From: Podarcis liolepis | Taxonomy: Eukaryota | Strand: one strand, 5' to 3' | NCBI GenBank assembly: GCA_965112155.1 | Contig: OZ218102.1 | Length of the DNA: 64,000 bases | Shown: piece by piece, positions 12,781 to 26,631 of the stretch | How positions within the stretch are numbered: the first letter of the stretch is position 1 | Layout of the letters: every line of letters begins with the position of its first letter | Program-made: the position numbers and the translations under genes | The notes under the pieces: model-generated | Databases searched by the model: none | Seen by the model: only the letters and a program-made list of their open reading frames with translations | What the model was told of the DNA's origin: nothing

Positions 12781-14069
12781 CTGTAAGCCACACCTTGTTC
12801 ACACAGGCATATTGGGTTTATTTCAATAGTTAGTCCAGTTTTTATTAAATGGCTTTGTTCTGAAGATTATGGATATCAGCAAATTAATCCCTAGGATGGG
12901 TTGTAGCATCTACTATACCAGCTTGGGGTCCTAAACTATGGTATTATGCTGCCTTCCTCACAGTGTATGTGTGGGTGCTAGGTACTGTCTTTGTGTGTGA
13001 ACTCTGCATTTTAAAACAATGCAAGAACCAGGTGTTCCAGTTTGCTATGTGCCTTAAATCTGGCGTCTGATTTTGAACATGGAATATCAATTTGTTATTC
13101 CTTACCAATAAACCATTTAACGTGACAGCTGTTGGAATGAGTCATTCTGCAGTGCTTTTTTGCCCTTGTTTGTACCTGAACTGATAATGAAGCATTCTAA
13201 AGTAAATGCCACTGCTCCCATTATCTTACCCCTGCTCACATGCAGGTATTTACACCATTCAAATAAAATTAATTTCTGAGTAAACTAACCCCTGTTTCTC
13301 TTCTTGGAAAATTAAGAGCAAATTAAGGTTTGTTCGGTGTCAGTTTATTATATAACTATGCACATAGGTTAAGATCTATTTTGCTCTGAGCTTTGTATTG
13401 TGGTTTCAGTATTGAAAGTGAATGCCTGTGTTGATTCTCTTCCATTTTAATTCAGCGGCATTACCTAAGCTGCGCAGTTAGGATAGCACAATGAAATAGC
13501 TTATTTGGAGCAGAGTTGTCTGTGGACTGGTAAACTCTATGCCACTTTCTGTGTTAGTAGGAAAACTTATGTTATTCACAGAGATTCACTGGCTTAAGTG
13601 TGGGCTTCAAATTTGTGCTAAGAACTAATTTAAGGTGAAACAATAATGGCAATTTGTTGTGCTTTGTTCTTATAGAACAAACACTGGAGAACCAACACTG
13701 GCCATTGTGCTCAATATAAGCGTAGACAACACTGAAGAAAACTAAATTTTAAAGAATTTTTCCTGCATTTTTAAAAATGTTTAAAGTATTTATATATGAA
13801 TGAATTACTAAGTTTCCAAGCTGTGTACATAAAAATTAAAAAGCATACAATGGACAAGATGGATTGAAACAATTGTATTCTGTTATTATAGACTGTGGTC
13901 ATCTATAACGCCAAACTTAATATTTGATATTTATATAGTTTATATTTTTGCTGAATTGGTGTTAAATATGTGCTCTTTGTGGGGTTTCCCTTGAGATTAG
14001 TTTGGAAGTTGCAGCTAGTGCAGAATGCTGTGCCCCGGTTATTGTGTGGAATACCTGGATGGGCATGTG

Positions 14070-14540
14070 TTACATTGTGCTGAGGAAACCGCGCTGGCTG
14101 CCCATCAGGTACTGGGCCATGCTGAAGGTCTTGTTGTTAACATATAAATAAACAGCTCAGACCAGGATACCTGAAAGACTGCCTGCCCTTGTATATAGGC
14201 CTGTAGGATCAATCAGATAATCTGAGGAAATTCTTGTAGTACTGTACCCTACAGAATGTCATAGGGTCATGATATGAAAATGGGCATCTTCTGTTATTGC
14301 CCTGCATTAAGAAATACCCTTTGCTGTAAGTGAAGCAGCAACCATAAGTTGTTTCAGATGTTTTGTGAAGTCAGATATTTTCGCCCAGGCTTTCCCTGAC
14401 CCATAAGAATCTCATCCTGCTTTCGGGGTTGTATCCAACAAAGTCATCCATGATGCTTTTATACTACTGCTTTATTTTTGTTGTAATTATATTGTTTTTA
14501 TGCTGTACACCAGTTAAAGAATTGTAAAAGTATTAAGTGG
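14070..14540 (+). mobile_element. Decayed L2 3' fragment
   Basis: GCTGGCTGCCCATC..GGATACCTGAAAGACTGCCT corresponds to the WLPI..GYLKD motif region. Confidence 0.6.
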
Positions 14541-14561
14541 CATATATCTATATATCGGGAG

Positions 14562-14907
14562 GGATGCGGGTGGCACTGTGGGTTAAACCATAGAGCCTAG
14601 GGCTTGCCGATCAGAAGGTTGGTGGTTCAAATCCCCATGACAGGGTGAGCTCCCATTGCTCGGTCCCTGCTCCTGCCAACATAACAGTTCGAAAGCACGA
14701 AGTGCAAGTAGATAAATAGGTACCGCTCCGACGGGAAGTTAACCAGGGTTTCCGTGCATTGCTCTGGTTTGCCAGAAGCGGCTTAGTTATGCTGGCCACA
14801 TGACCCAGAAGCTGTACGCCGGCTCCCTTGGCCAGTAAAGCGAGATGAGTGCTGCAACCCCAGAGTCGTCCTCAACTAGACCTAACAGTCAGGGGTCCCT
14901 TTACCTT
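14562..14907 (+). mobile_element. Full-length Sauria SINE
   Basis: tRNA-like head GGATGCGGGTGGCACTGTGGGTTAAACC..GGTTCAAATCCC, CCTTTACCTTT tail, 13-bp TSD TATATATCGGGAG (14549-14561 and 14908-14920). Confidence 0.92.
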
Positions 14908-15089
14908 TATATATCGGGAGTGAGAGAGAGAAGAAATTATAATGATTTAGGATGTATTTACACTATTGGGGACATTTCTCCCCAACTTTTAAGCACTTAT
15001 ATTGATTTTGTAATTAAAAACAATGCAAATCATTTGAAAAAAATCAGATATCCTTGCACCTAGATAATTTCAAGGTTGCCAGGAAGCAG

Positions 15090-15330
15090 TATATTTCAGC
15101 CATCAAATGCCTGGGTGAATATGCAGGCTTTTAAATTCCTTCTGAATGTTAATAATGAGGAAGGGAGATGTACCTCACCAGGGAAAGCATTCCATAAATG
15201 AGGAACTACCAAGATGGCGGGCACCACCAACAGGGCCTCCCCCACTGACTGTAAGACTTGAGATAGATGATATTGGAGGAGGTGCTCATTTAGGTACTTG
15301 GGTCCCAAGCTATAAAAGACAGAAATGAAA
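15090..15330 (-). mobile_element. L2 3' fragment
   Basis: Minus-strand ORF LGPKYLNEHLL..LLVVP..PHLWNAFP..FRRNLK..F.QAF. Confidence 0.7.
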
Positions 15331-15529
15331 AGTCTCAAGAATAGATAACATTAGTGAGAATGGGGAATAGTGTAATATATACAGTTTGGAAATTATCTGT
15401 AATTATCTGCTAAAGCAGCAAGATGAACCTCAGTAGTCTGTATTTGACCATCTTCTAAAAGCTTCATCCTGTTTTTCTGTCCTGTGGCTTTGAGCTGTTC
15501 CTATAGTTTGTCTCCAATTTCAAATTCCC

Positions 15530-15692
15530 TTAGAATTGTAGAGTTGGGAGGGACCCTAAGGGTCATCTAGTGCAACCCCTGCAATGCAGGAATCTCAACT
15601 AAAGCATTCATGACAGATGACCTATCTCTGCTTAAACACCTCCAATGAAGGAAAGTCCACCACCTTCCGAGGGAGTCTGTTCCACTGTCGAA
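15530..15692 (-). mobile_element. CR1 LINE 3' end
   Basis: AGAATTGTAGAGTTGGGAGGGACCC..GGTCATCTAGT..CACCACCTTCCGAGGGAGTCTGTTCCACTG is a typical reversed CR1 terminus. Confidence 0.8.
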
Positions 15693-16569
15693 ATTTTAAA
15701 TTATAAAATTTAACGCTGTAAAGAAAGTGTGGAAGATCAGTGTTTTTATTCAATAGACCCTTGTTCAATAGAACCACAAGGTCCTTTCTGCAGTCTATAT
15801 CTGACTGGTCTCTTAAATGTCATCTTGGTGTGATAAGGATTATAATGCATTGAAGAAGCTACAGGGTACAATTAAGAGAGAAAACAAAGCTGCAGTTAGG
15901 ATCTTTTTAAAAAGCTGAAGTGCTCAGCACTTTCCTGCATTCTAGACAGTGGTCTCATTTTCACATCCTTTAAACCGTAGTTAAACTAAACTATGGTTTC
16001 AAGAGTAACAGGCAGGATGCGGCTGCACCTTACTGAAACCATGGGCATTTTGCTTGTTTTCCACCCCTGTTGGGAGCTAAGCTTGTTTGGAGGAAATGAA
16101 TCACAAGCTCAAGTTCAGAGGTAACACTTAGCCAGACCATGGCGACCTAGCTCCTGGCAGCAATAAGAGCAGGATAGAAGAGACATGTATGCTTCATGTT
16201 CACCTTAAAATCACAGTTTAGTGTAATTGTGGTTTAAAGTGTTGTGCATATCAGACCAGCAGAGACTTGACTTTGCATATCTACACTGTGCCATTTCATT
16301 TAGAGCTTACTGTTCTTATCTGTATTATATTTTCATGTCACAATCTTTCAGTAGTGATTGGACCAGACATCCAGAAAATTTAAATCCATGGTTGTATCTT
16401 TGGTGATGGAAGAATAAGTTAGAGATCTTGCTACATGAAGGTTTGAGCAATGTGTCAGAGTTCAAATAAATTGCCACAATTTACATTCTTCCCCTGGGGC
16501 TGGTTAATGCATACCTCAATTCCTATTTAGTTTTTGCCGCATTGTTGCTTTTTATACTGGCGGATGACA

Positions 16570-16846
16570 CACTTGGTGTATTTGCACATAATGCTAAGCC
16601 ATGACTTGTTCTCCCAACCTTGGTTTGCTTCCTCTTGCCTTGTCCCTTTGAGTATCTGGGTTGGGGTGCCAAGCATTCCATGGTTGTGTTCAAGCATAAT
16701 GCTAAAACCAGACATGATTTTTAAGCCAATAACAAGCCACAGCTTCATATTGTGGTTTGCTGGCCGAAAGCAAACCATGGTTAGACTGCTGGGCTGAGTC
16801 CAGATATTCAAACAAACTGTGGCTTAATGTTTTGTGCGAACCAGGC
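16570..16846. mobile_element. MITE with GCACATAATGCTAAGCC-type TIRs (possibly Harbinger-like)
   Basis: Imperfect TIRs and internal AAACCATGG repeats. Related copies near 15950, 24610, 25860, 39259 and 55040. Confidence 0.55.
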
Positions 16847-18049
16847 TGTTATAAACTGATATGTTTTCAAGTGTTTTATTGACTGGAGTCTTTTCTGGGT
16901 TCCATTTGTCTTGCACACATTGTAAGCCACTGCTCTGCAGTCTTTCTTAGAGTTGCTGTCTGTCACTGCAGGCAGATGGAATCTTGTCTGCAGGATGTTC
17001 CATTTTGGAATTAACTGCCCTAATCTATACTGCCGTAGAGAGAAGCTATTTTACCTTATGTCTGGATTCCACATTAGTGCAATTCATTCTATCATTTATA
17101 TGTGTGTGAACCCATGCACGTTCATATTAGTTAGTTGGCTGATGTTGAAGGGACAGTCTACATCAAGTAATATATATTCACAGAGAACTTATTCCTTATT
17201 CCAGAGCTCCTGCCAAGGGTTGAGACAGTTGCTTCAGCAATCTAAAAGAGATATTTCAAGTAAGTAGAACCCAAGCAGTTAAAACTGCTGCAGGAAGTAT
17301 GCTTGCCCATGGCATTAATAAGTGCATTCTAGACATTGGGGTATGTGGTTTTGTAAAAATGGATATTTTTAATAATTTATTTAAGCAATAGTCTTTTACA
17401 TATACAAGTCAATAACATTGGAAGATTTAAGTATCTCTAGAATATTTGATCATGCAAGATCCTAAAAGTACTCCTGCATAATGACTGCTGATTATATGCC
17501 ATTATGAAACACCAACATAGTGGGAAGGTATTTCAAGTTTGAAGTATGTTGAAATGCCATCTATTACTTGCTCATTTCATATTCAGGAGTCCCCAGTGTG
17601 TAGGAAAAGTGGAAAAGGAGAACATCCTTGAGATAAATTCAGGCTACAGCAGGTTCTCTAGCATGTAATTTAGCAGAAAAGCAGACAATCTAAAAGGCCA
17701 ATTAAAAAATGCAGAAGTAGCACATGGTTCAGTGCTTCCTGTACTGTACCATTTCAAACTTTAGTTGAGGGGGAGATCGTATACTTTCATGATCCTCTGC
17801 ATTTGATGTTTTTAATAATGAGAAAGATAGTGCTTTGAATGTGTTCAGTTATTCTGTTGTTTGTGGTTCCAAATAAAAATTCTCATTTGCTTGAAGATGT
17901 AAGTGGATTTGTTCAACATCATGATTTGAAACAATTAAGTTACCAAGAATGATTCCTAAGAATGGGACGTACTTTAACTTTTTGCATGAGTTTGTGAGTA
18001 ATTGTATGTCTGTAAAGGTGAGCAGTATAGGCATGTTGCATATAGAGAC

Positions 18050-18155
18050 AGTCTGAAGCTAAACTGATCTCAGTTTGGCTGGTGCTTGGATGGTACACTG
18101 CTTGGGAATTTTGTAGGTAACCTTGAGTCCCATGGAAGAAAGGCAGGATATAAAC
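18050..18155 (+). mobile_element. 5S rRNA-derived SINE remnant
   Basis: GAAGCTAAAC..CTGGTGCTTGGATGG..CTGCTTGGGAA resembles the 5S internal control region; a related copy lies at 40655. Confidence 0.55.
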
Positions 18156-18346
18156 TTTTTTTAAAAAAAGGATGAATAACCTAATCTGCAGTCACATGTT
18201 GAAGTTTGAACATGGTTGATTTACAGTAGGGTGAAATTCAAAAATAAAAACCTTATGTCAATACAGCTCCACAACTGTTCTACCCAGGAAGTTTGCAGAA
18301 CATTGTGGTTACTGGGATAGTAGGCAGTACTGCGAATTCCAGTATA

Positions 18347-18587
18347 CAGTGGTACCTCAGTTTACGAACTTAATCCATTCCAGAAGTCCGTTCTTAAACC
18401 GAAACCGTTATTAAACTGAGGCACACTTTCCCTAATGAGGTCTCCTGCCGCCGGTGCCCTTCCACCATTCGGATTCCATTCTTAAACCAAGGTAAAGTTC
18501 TCAAACCGGGACACTATTTCCGGTTTTGCGGAGTTCGTAAACTGAATCGTTCTTAAACAGATCTGTTCTTAAACCGAGGTACCACTG
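18347..18587. mobile_element. Tc1/mariner (Tigger-like) MITE
   Basis: TIRs CAGTGGTACCTCAGTTTA / TAAACCGAGGTACCACTG, TA TSD. Confidence 0.88.
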
Positions 18588-20938
18588 TAATGTGATGGTG
18601 ATAATAGAAATTCTGAGAAATTAGTTTAATTTCACTGCACACAGGTGGTGTGGTGACAATAAAGGTTTATTCTTGTTGTTGTTGTTGTTATCATTGAAAT
18701 TTACAAGAATAATCAATCATACCACTATTTTTATAGACTTAGTGATATTATGAAAATCAGCACTGGTTTCATTTTAAGTATTGAGGGATGTATACTATTG
18801 AGAGACCATTTTAAGAGAACGTTGAGGGTAAATTCATTTTGATTTCATTACTGAAGATGTGAAGTTACAATTCTGGCATGCCTTCTGTAAAATTCAGTAA
18901 AAAAAAAAAAGAGTAGTAGACTTGGTAGACCTGTTTTAATACTTTTTCATTCCCAGTCATAGCATCAAGCAAAAAATAAAATTATTTTAGCAAAGCCATA
19001 AATACATAAATAAATGCACTTATAACTCATAGTTCTACTAACAGCTAAGCTACAGCTGGCTCAATCCAACATTTAAACCAATTATAAGGTACAGCCCTAC
19101 AACTAAGCAATCCACAGTGAATTATAGTTGTTTGTTCTCCAATAGGCCTTAGATTTTCACACTGCCCAGAAAGGATCATAAGTGTCTTTAAAAGTGTGAT
19201 TCAGAATTGCCCCAGGTGGTTTGGGAATCTTGGGTATTTGGAAACATCAAATGTTTTAACAAAAATACTTTAAGTAGAATATGTATTTGGAGGAGACATG
19301 TTGAATTTAGGGGTGCCTCCTTCCCCGACAGAACCTACAACAGTTGCATGGCATGCAGAAATTTCATTGCTATGCCTTTATGCTGTCAAATATGTGCAAT
19401 GATTTGAAAACCTGCTCACACTGAATTTCTGCAGCTATTAAAAGTACAGAGTCTGTGTTGGTCAAAAAAATGGCATTGTGGAATACAACTCAGTGAGAGA
19501 CTGGATCATAAGGCTTCTGGTGTATTTTAGCAGTTTAAATCTGATATCTTACATTGAATAATTGCTACGTAACCTGCTGCTAGTAGAGTTGAATACAGAA
19601 CCTGCTACTTTGCTAAAATTGGTTGTGAATCTATTTGTGCTGACCATCTCTGTTTAGTACTTCAAGGTTGTACTTTTACAAAGGAATAAATAGCATAGGA
19701 GGTTGTTTCTAAGACAAATGAGCTGGTAATGCCTTTGTTCCAGGGTCATAAGTAACTGCTAAAATGTGTGGGTGTAGATCACATTTGGGAAATCGGTAAG
19801 CCACTTTGCGTCCTTAGCTGACTTTCATGTGTGGCCTGTAGGCCCACTGCCCAGCTTATTAGCGCTAGAAACAGTTTAGGAGCCTACCACTGGGGATGCA
19901 CCACAGCTGTTCTCAATGGCACTCAGCTGAGTGGCAGGGGAGGTATAGGCAGCAGAAGCCCTCTTTTGACATCCTTCTGTCTCATCTGCTTCATTTCATT
20001 CACATTTGTGACATAATGTGCCTGTGAGTAGGTATCTCTGCATTTTATGGTCTGTAACCTCCTAAGATCCAGACTTGCATATGCTTTGCGTGCTCCTCCA
20101 TTACTGGTACAGTTATCAAAGAAGAATTGAGTAAGTGTGTAAATTTAATGTTACCATCAATAATTTTTTTTATAGGCCAAAGTGCCAATGTTACATGTCC
20201 AGTCACTGAACAAGGAATGGGTTTCTGTGCTCTTTTCTCCCCTTTCTCCCCTTTGTTGCAAGTTCTGCCTTGTCTTTCCTGCTTTAGTGGTGGCTCAGCT
20301 TTAACTGCTGTACTGACACTAACTATGGAGTTTGTTAATTCATCTCCAACTGTGGTTTTGTAACCTGGTTAGAGTTGATGAATTGGGACGACAACGCTGG
20401 TGGGTTTAGATTAGTAATAATTATTTTACTGTTTTGCCTACCAATTTAAAAGAATCTGCAAGCTTTCAAACATGTAACACAGTGCAAACCAGTTAATCCT
20501 ATTAATCTAATCCATCATCTCTGCAAAATGAACACTGAATTTGGGGTACAATCCTTTTTCCTGTCTGATGCTGTGCTCATGATTGGAGGAAGCTCTGTAG
20601 GACCTGACTTTACGCTCTTCACTTTAGCACATATGTATCTCTGTACATGAGCCATGAAGAGAAGGACATGGAGTTCTAGTGTGCCTTGAGGCAGGCATGG
20701 GTAACAAATAACCCTCCAGATGTGACTAACTTAGAGAGAGTGGTGAAGACACCAATAAAACAAAATTCTGGTAAATAAGGGTTGGTAGCAATATGCAGTC
20801 TTTAGAAGAAATCCAACACAGGGTCAGCACAGGATCTTTAGAAGAAATCCGACAGCAGGGTGTCTGCAAACAAATAACTGGCATCAGTGACTTAGATCCT
20901 TTCTGTTTGATCTACAAACAACTCAACCTGTTTTTCAG

Positions 20939-21147
20939 GTGATACGAAGAAGTAGTGATGAAGAAAAACTGCTCTGCTTGGTTCGACAGCGTGCAGGTCA
21001 TCACTGCCAAAATGCCGTCATTGTGATACTTATTTTGGCTTGGGAGGGGATTCCTCATCTTCTGGCTGACACTCTATACAAGGAACTGACCCAGAGCCTC
21101 AGAAAATATGGCTGTCCAACTAGCCGAAGATGTGCACTAAACGAAGA
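20939..21147 (+). CDS. TET1: TET1 exon (Cys-rich domain), 209 nt
   Basis: ttttcag|GTG..GA|gtgagt; encodes [33 protein letters not shown]. Confidence 0.97.
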
Positions 21148-21757
21148 GTGAGTGCACTCCAGAACACTGATATTTTGATGCATGAAAGTTTTAATTCTCA
21201 CACATAATTTACTTCTGTGACTCGTAATTAGTCTTTTTAAGATTTCAGATTATAGCCCTAGTACATAAAACTTGAAAAAGTGTTATTTTGCAGTTGAGTA
21301 GGATGTAGCCAACTTTTAATTGCCAATTTGAGTATAGTGTGGGAGGACCAAAATGAGATTTCTGCTCCTCCTGTTTCCATCACTGGCAAAAAAAGAAATT
21401 ACAAGAAGACAGGTGTGGTGTTTCCCTTCATTTTAATTTACTTGAGCCACATCTTGTTGTGCTGCTTCTGATGCTGTGAAGGAATCACAACCAAACCTAT
21501 CAAGCATGATATCTTTCTCTAAATAGCTTAAATTATAAACTTAGTATATCCCATTAGAAGGTCAATTGACTAGGAACTCTCTTATACACAGTAATGGAAA
21601 AGTAACATTTATACCCAAATTGGTCATTATCAAAAACCGCTGATGAACTATGACATGTGTGTTTTTCCATTGTTCTGTTCAGAGATGTTTGGGGGTATGC
21701 ATTTATAGAAGCTTGCTGCACTGCTGGCTGATTGCCACTTGTTTAAATCTTCCACAG

Positions 21758-21908
21758 TCGTACCTGCGCCTGTCAAGGCCTTGATCCAGAGACATGTGGA
21801 GCATCCTTCTCATTTGGCTGTTCATGGAGTATGTATTATAATGGCTGTAAGTTTGCCAGAAGCAAAGCCCCCAGGAAATTTAGACTTCTCACTGATGATC
21901 ACAAACAA
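21758..21908 (+). CDS. TET1: TET1 exon (Cys-rich/DSBH), 151 nt
   Basis: ccacag|T CGT..CAA|gtaagt; encodes [43 protein letters not shown]. Confidence 0.97.
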
Positions 21909-23059
21909 GTAAGTGTCCTCCCTGCCTTTCTCAAAATAATTTCTAATTTTACTTTTTAGGAACTAAAAGCAAAAGGGGTGCAGGGGTTTTTGCTAATTGG
22001 ATCACTTGGGCATATACATTTATAAGCATTCAAGGTAGTGTGATACCTAATGTAATCTCCTCATTTCCCCCTCTCTATCCCTACTACATAGATTCTGTGT
22101 GAAGACTGAGCACCACGACAGTGCTGTTTGTGCCAAAGCACTCATACATTATTGGTTTACAGTACACCAAGGTCTTTCTTGACATCCCCCCCCCCATTTG
22201 TTTGCAGTTAACTTGCTGGCTCCTTCACCATTGCCATCCTTTCATGCCTCCAATAGCCCATAGCTGATTGTAGTTTATGTATGTGCCCTCCCAGATAGAA
22301 ATTGAACACCCTCAAACATCTTCAAGGTATCAGGTTAAAGAACAGTTATTTCAGCCAGTGATTAGTTTTTATTTCCCATAGTCCCAATTTTTAAAAAAGT
22401 TGGACTACTTCATGCTTGCATAGGGGGCATGCTGATAGTGTGTGGCTTTGGTTTATTTTATTTTTCCCCAGTATTTCCCTGTATCTTGAGTGCCCCAGAG
22501 TGGCACACAGTAAACATTGAAAGCATTCAACATCAAAAAACCATTAAAGCCATATTTAGCTATAAACAAACTGAAACCCATTGTAAAATACAATAATGAC
22601 AGGAAAAAGTTGAAAGTACAGTGAAAACCTTCTCCTTGTGCTAGTTATTCATCTCTTCCAAAATCATGGGTCTGCAGGTGTGTTTTTGCCAGTCATCTAA
22701 ATGAAAACCATGTAGGGGAATAATGCACCTCAGAGAAGAGACTGTTACAAGTTTTGGGGCTATCACAGAGAAAACCCTCCCCTGTGTCCCTGCACTGTGA
22801 ATTGCCTTTGGCAAGAGGGCCACAATAGGGACTCCTGTGCAATTCTTAATGAACAAGCAGGCTGGTGTGGGATGAGACGTTTTCAAATACTTATGTGCAG
22901 CTGAAGCAAGTGCTAAATTATATAGTTCTTATGTTAAGGATGAAAAAGATGGATCACTTTATAAATCTGTTTTCTGTTTCTGTCACTGTTTTTATTAGGT
23001 GTTATTTTAGCTAAATACTGAATATTGATCATTTTGCAGATGACATAAATCTAGGAAGT

Positions 23060-23200
23060 ATAGCAATGCAAAAGCAGAAGAAGATAGATTCAAAGTACAG
23101 ACAGATATGGATCATTTGAGCAACTGGACGGAGTGAGATGAGGTTTAATGTAAAGAAGTGTAAGATTGTTCTTTTAGGTAAGAATAGCACGTAGCATAGA
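23060..23200 (+). mobile_element. Old CR1 reverse-transcriptase fragment
   Basis: Frameshifted EEDRFKVQTDMDHLSNW..MRFNVKKCKI..LG motif of CR1 ORF2. Confidence 0.6.
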
Positions 23201-23361
23201 TTTATAAAGCCAGATATCTCTGTCGGCTAGAATGCAGTCAAAGAGAAATATTGGGTAGATAGCAACATTTTTGTGTGTGGGAGTTCATGGTATTGTGCAT
23301 GCGTGTAAGAGCAACCAGATTTCTTCCGTCTGTTTTTTGCTGTAACAACAACAAAAACAGC

Positions 23362-23445
23362 AAAGAGTCTTGAAGCATTTTTAAACATTAACACCCTTAT
23401 TATGGCTTGAGCTTTCCTGGATTAGTCTTACTTCATCAGATGCCG
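23362..23445. mobile_element. Penelope-like element terminal fragment
   Basis: AGAGTCTTG..GAGCTTTC..ACTTCATCAGATGC resembles reptile PLE termini. Confidence 0.45.
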
Positions 23446-25334
23446 TCTTAATGCTTGTGCAACATGGGCATCAGTTGAGGGTGTCATGTGCACAAGGAGT
23501 GTCATCTGGGAATAATCCACGGGTGCAAAGAGGAATCCCTTGGGGTATATGTGTGGTTTTCCCCATCTCACAGAAGAGAGTGAGATTGCCATCACACTGG
23601 ATCAGTGTCATGCTGAGCGTCTTGCAAATAAGTATGTTGCTTCAACTACTGAGCCACTACAAGACTAGCAAAACCTAAATGAAGTCGTAAAAGTGTGTCA
23701 ACTTGGGGAAATGTGATTGTAATGAGCAGTCTGTACTGTTCAGTTAAGACAGAGAAGGCACTCGCCATTCATCATCATGCCTTCTGTTTTTAGTGTCCAG
23801 GCCATAGATTAATGTAGCCAGAATGTCACAACAAGGTTTTGGAGAAGTCTGCATGTTGAGATTTGCCGACGTATAAAAAATTATAGGGAGGGTAAAAAAC
23901 TAGGGAAGGAATGAGGGAGACTCCAGTGAGAGCTAAGCATGCTCAGTGTTCAGGGATTGCTGAATGACTGATGATAGTAGACAAAAAACTTTTGGGGGGT
24001 GGGGAAGGAGAAACAAAAGGATATCCACTATGTGCTCAGAGAAATGTAACAATAGTTGTTTGGTCAAACCGATGTGCTTGCCATATTAGCATAGGTCTAA
24101 GTGAATTTTCTTTAAGCAAATGTAATGTTTTAATTTAAAACAAAACGGTTTCTTATTTTGTGTGTTTGCTTTTTCACTTATTTCCATCTCCCCCCATAGC
24201 CTTGGCTGTGAGCCAGAGGGCAGGATTCAGCTAAGTGGTTGCATTAATGGAAAGCAGCACAAGTCCCATTAGCACAACAGGACTGTCTCCTTGTCTCCTC
24301 CCCCATGCACTCCCACGCCCTCCCCAAATCTGCTTGGGAGTGCTGGGCAAACCGTGAGAACAGGGTGCAGGGAGAAGAGAGGGGAGATCCTTCCCTTTGA
24401 CAAGCATTTCTGCTGCAATGATTGTGTTAAAGCATCACCGAAATCCACTCAGAGAGTTCTCTTACTTACCTCTCCTATTAACTCAGTAGGCAGCCTTATG
24501 TATCCTGCTGTCTCTTAATTTGAATCACTTTGCTCCCATCTGCAACATTAGGATGATTATAATTATGACCTACTTTACAGGACAGTTGTAAGTATTACTG
24601 AAATAATAGTCTGGTTTGCAAAACCAGACCATGGCTTAGAGTGAAGTCATGGGCTGCTTTGCTCTTCTCAGGTTATTTTGCTTATGTGCTTTGTTAAGCT
24701 ATGTCATAGTTTGGCTTAGCATGAACCTGGGTCCATGGTTTACAAATTGTAAACCAGACAACAAATCTTGGTTACAGCTTGTTATTAGTCTGAAGAGAGC
24801 TAAACAGTGAAGCTGGTTTAGACAACACCCAAAGCCACACTGTGGCTTAGGTCAGTATGGTGCAGCCATGGTTTGGCACAATTTGACATGTGAACTAGTC
24901 TGTTGTGTGTGAAATGCTTGGAACACTCTAAAGCATCATAGAAACACTTTCATTATTATGTAGCAGGTTTCCAAACATGGTACTTGCTTTGAAGAAGAAA
25001 TATATGTTTGTATTTTAATGCCAACGTGAACTCCCTTCCAACACCTCCATTAGATCTTTCTCTTGGAAATGGAAAGTGAACTTGGGATCTTTTGTGAACT
25101 TCTTTTAGTGCCAAGCAATTAATTTGCTGACTGCTTTTCCCTTCCTTTGAGCAACTCTCAAGAATGTTGCTATGTTTTGCCATTATGATAGCAAACTTAC
25201 ATGTGGGTTAGTAACCAAAACCACAGGAAGCTGACTAAATAGCGTACTGAATCTACGTTTGATGTTGCTTTCACAGTTTTACTAGTCTGCTTCTCAAGCT
25301 ATAAAATGATATGATGACTCCTTTCCCTGTCTAG

Positions 25335-25424
25335 GAAGAACATCTCGAAAACAATTTGCAAACTTTAGCCACTGATGTTGCTCCACTGTATCAGAAACTA
25401 GCCCCTGATGCTTTTCAAAACCAG
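25335..25424 (+). CDS. TET1: TET1 exon (DSBH), 90 nt
   Basis: ctag|GAA..CAG|gtaaaa; encodes [30 protein letters not shown]. Confidence 0.96.
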
Positions 25425-26344
25425 GTAAAATCAAGGAAACTCCATTATCTCTATTATGACAAATCATTGTTTTAATACTGGTGATGTAGAAAGAAAAGCT
25501 GCACAAGTTAGTTGAAGGCCTTTCGTTACCTTAACTGGCCTAGCTGAAAGAACACGAGGCTGTGATCCTATGCACACTTAACTGGGAGTATGTCTCATTA
25601 AACACTGTAGGACTTTCTTCTAGAAAGAAAAGCACTGCTGGTGTTACAGCTTTCAAATTCCTGCTGCTGTGTCCCCTGCTTACTAACAGGGTCAAAAAAC
25701 TAATTGTTATATTATTCATCCTCATTGCCGATCAGTGTATTGCATGAAGTTTGGTAGATCAATAAATTCTGACAGATGTTGTTTTAATTAGATTGTAGAT
25801 CTAAGGATTTTTAGCACAATTCTCATCAAATAAGTCATGCATTTTCTTTCATATTTAGCAATGCATAACAATGACAGTGTTGGCATGTCATGGTAAATCA
25901 CTAACAAGTTAGCCGTGGTTAATGGTTTACCATGAGTGTGCAAATGGTTCTTACTGTAGTCCTCTCCTCTAGTGGGTTAGAGCAACAAACCATAATCCTT
26001 GGGAGTTATGGTTTGTTCTGCTCCAATCAAACCACGTTGTGAACACAAGGTTCGTTCTTGGAGTGTGCAAGTTTTGTTTTGTTGGAGCAAAACAAACCAC
26101 AACCCCTAGTTTGGAAGTAATGCTAAGCCAGGAATTGTGGTTTTTAGTTCCTGATGGCTAAAGAAAGGGGCAAAAAAGGAGTGATCTCATACTTATGTGA
26201 CCTTTGGTATTCCATGGCATGTAAATTGGGTTTATGTGTTCTCAGTCCAGTTGTTCACTTCAAATGAAAAATTGTCCCTGAAGCTGGTGGTGTTTGGTGA
26301 GATACAATGTTATGTCCAGATAAGATTTATTTGTATTTGTGGGA

Positions 26345-26470
26345 GGGCAGTTATTAATTTGTTTTTGTTTTATTATATATTTAGTGTTTTCATTTTGTAT
26401 TTTTATGTTGTGAACCTCCCTGTGATCTTCGGATGAAGGGTGGTATACAAAATGAATGAATGAATAAATA
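26345..26470 (+). mobile_element. L2 3' tail
   Basis: TTGTGAACCTCCCTGTGATCTTCGGATGAAGGGTGGTATAC followed by (GAAT)n; a reverse copy lies at about 1720-1790. Confidence 0.7.
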
Positions 26471-26493
26471 ATTTTTTATTTTATTTTTTAAAG

Positions 26494-26631
26494 GTGGAAA
26501 ATGAGCACATGGGTCCTGACTGTCGACTTGGGATTAAGGATGGCCGACCTTTTTCTGGTGTCACAGCATGCATTGATTTTTGTGCTCATGCCCATAAGGA
26601 TACACACAACATGCACAATGGAAGTACTGTG
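26494..26631 (+). CDS. TET1: TET1 exon with the Fe(II)-binding HxD motif, 138 nt
   Basis: ttaaag|GTG..GTG|gtatgc; encodes [37 protein letters not shown] (HKD at 26593-26601). Confidence 0.97.
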
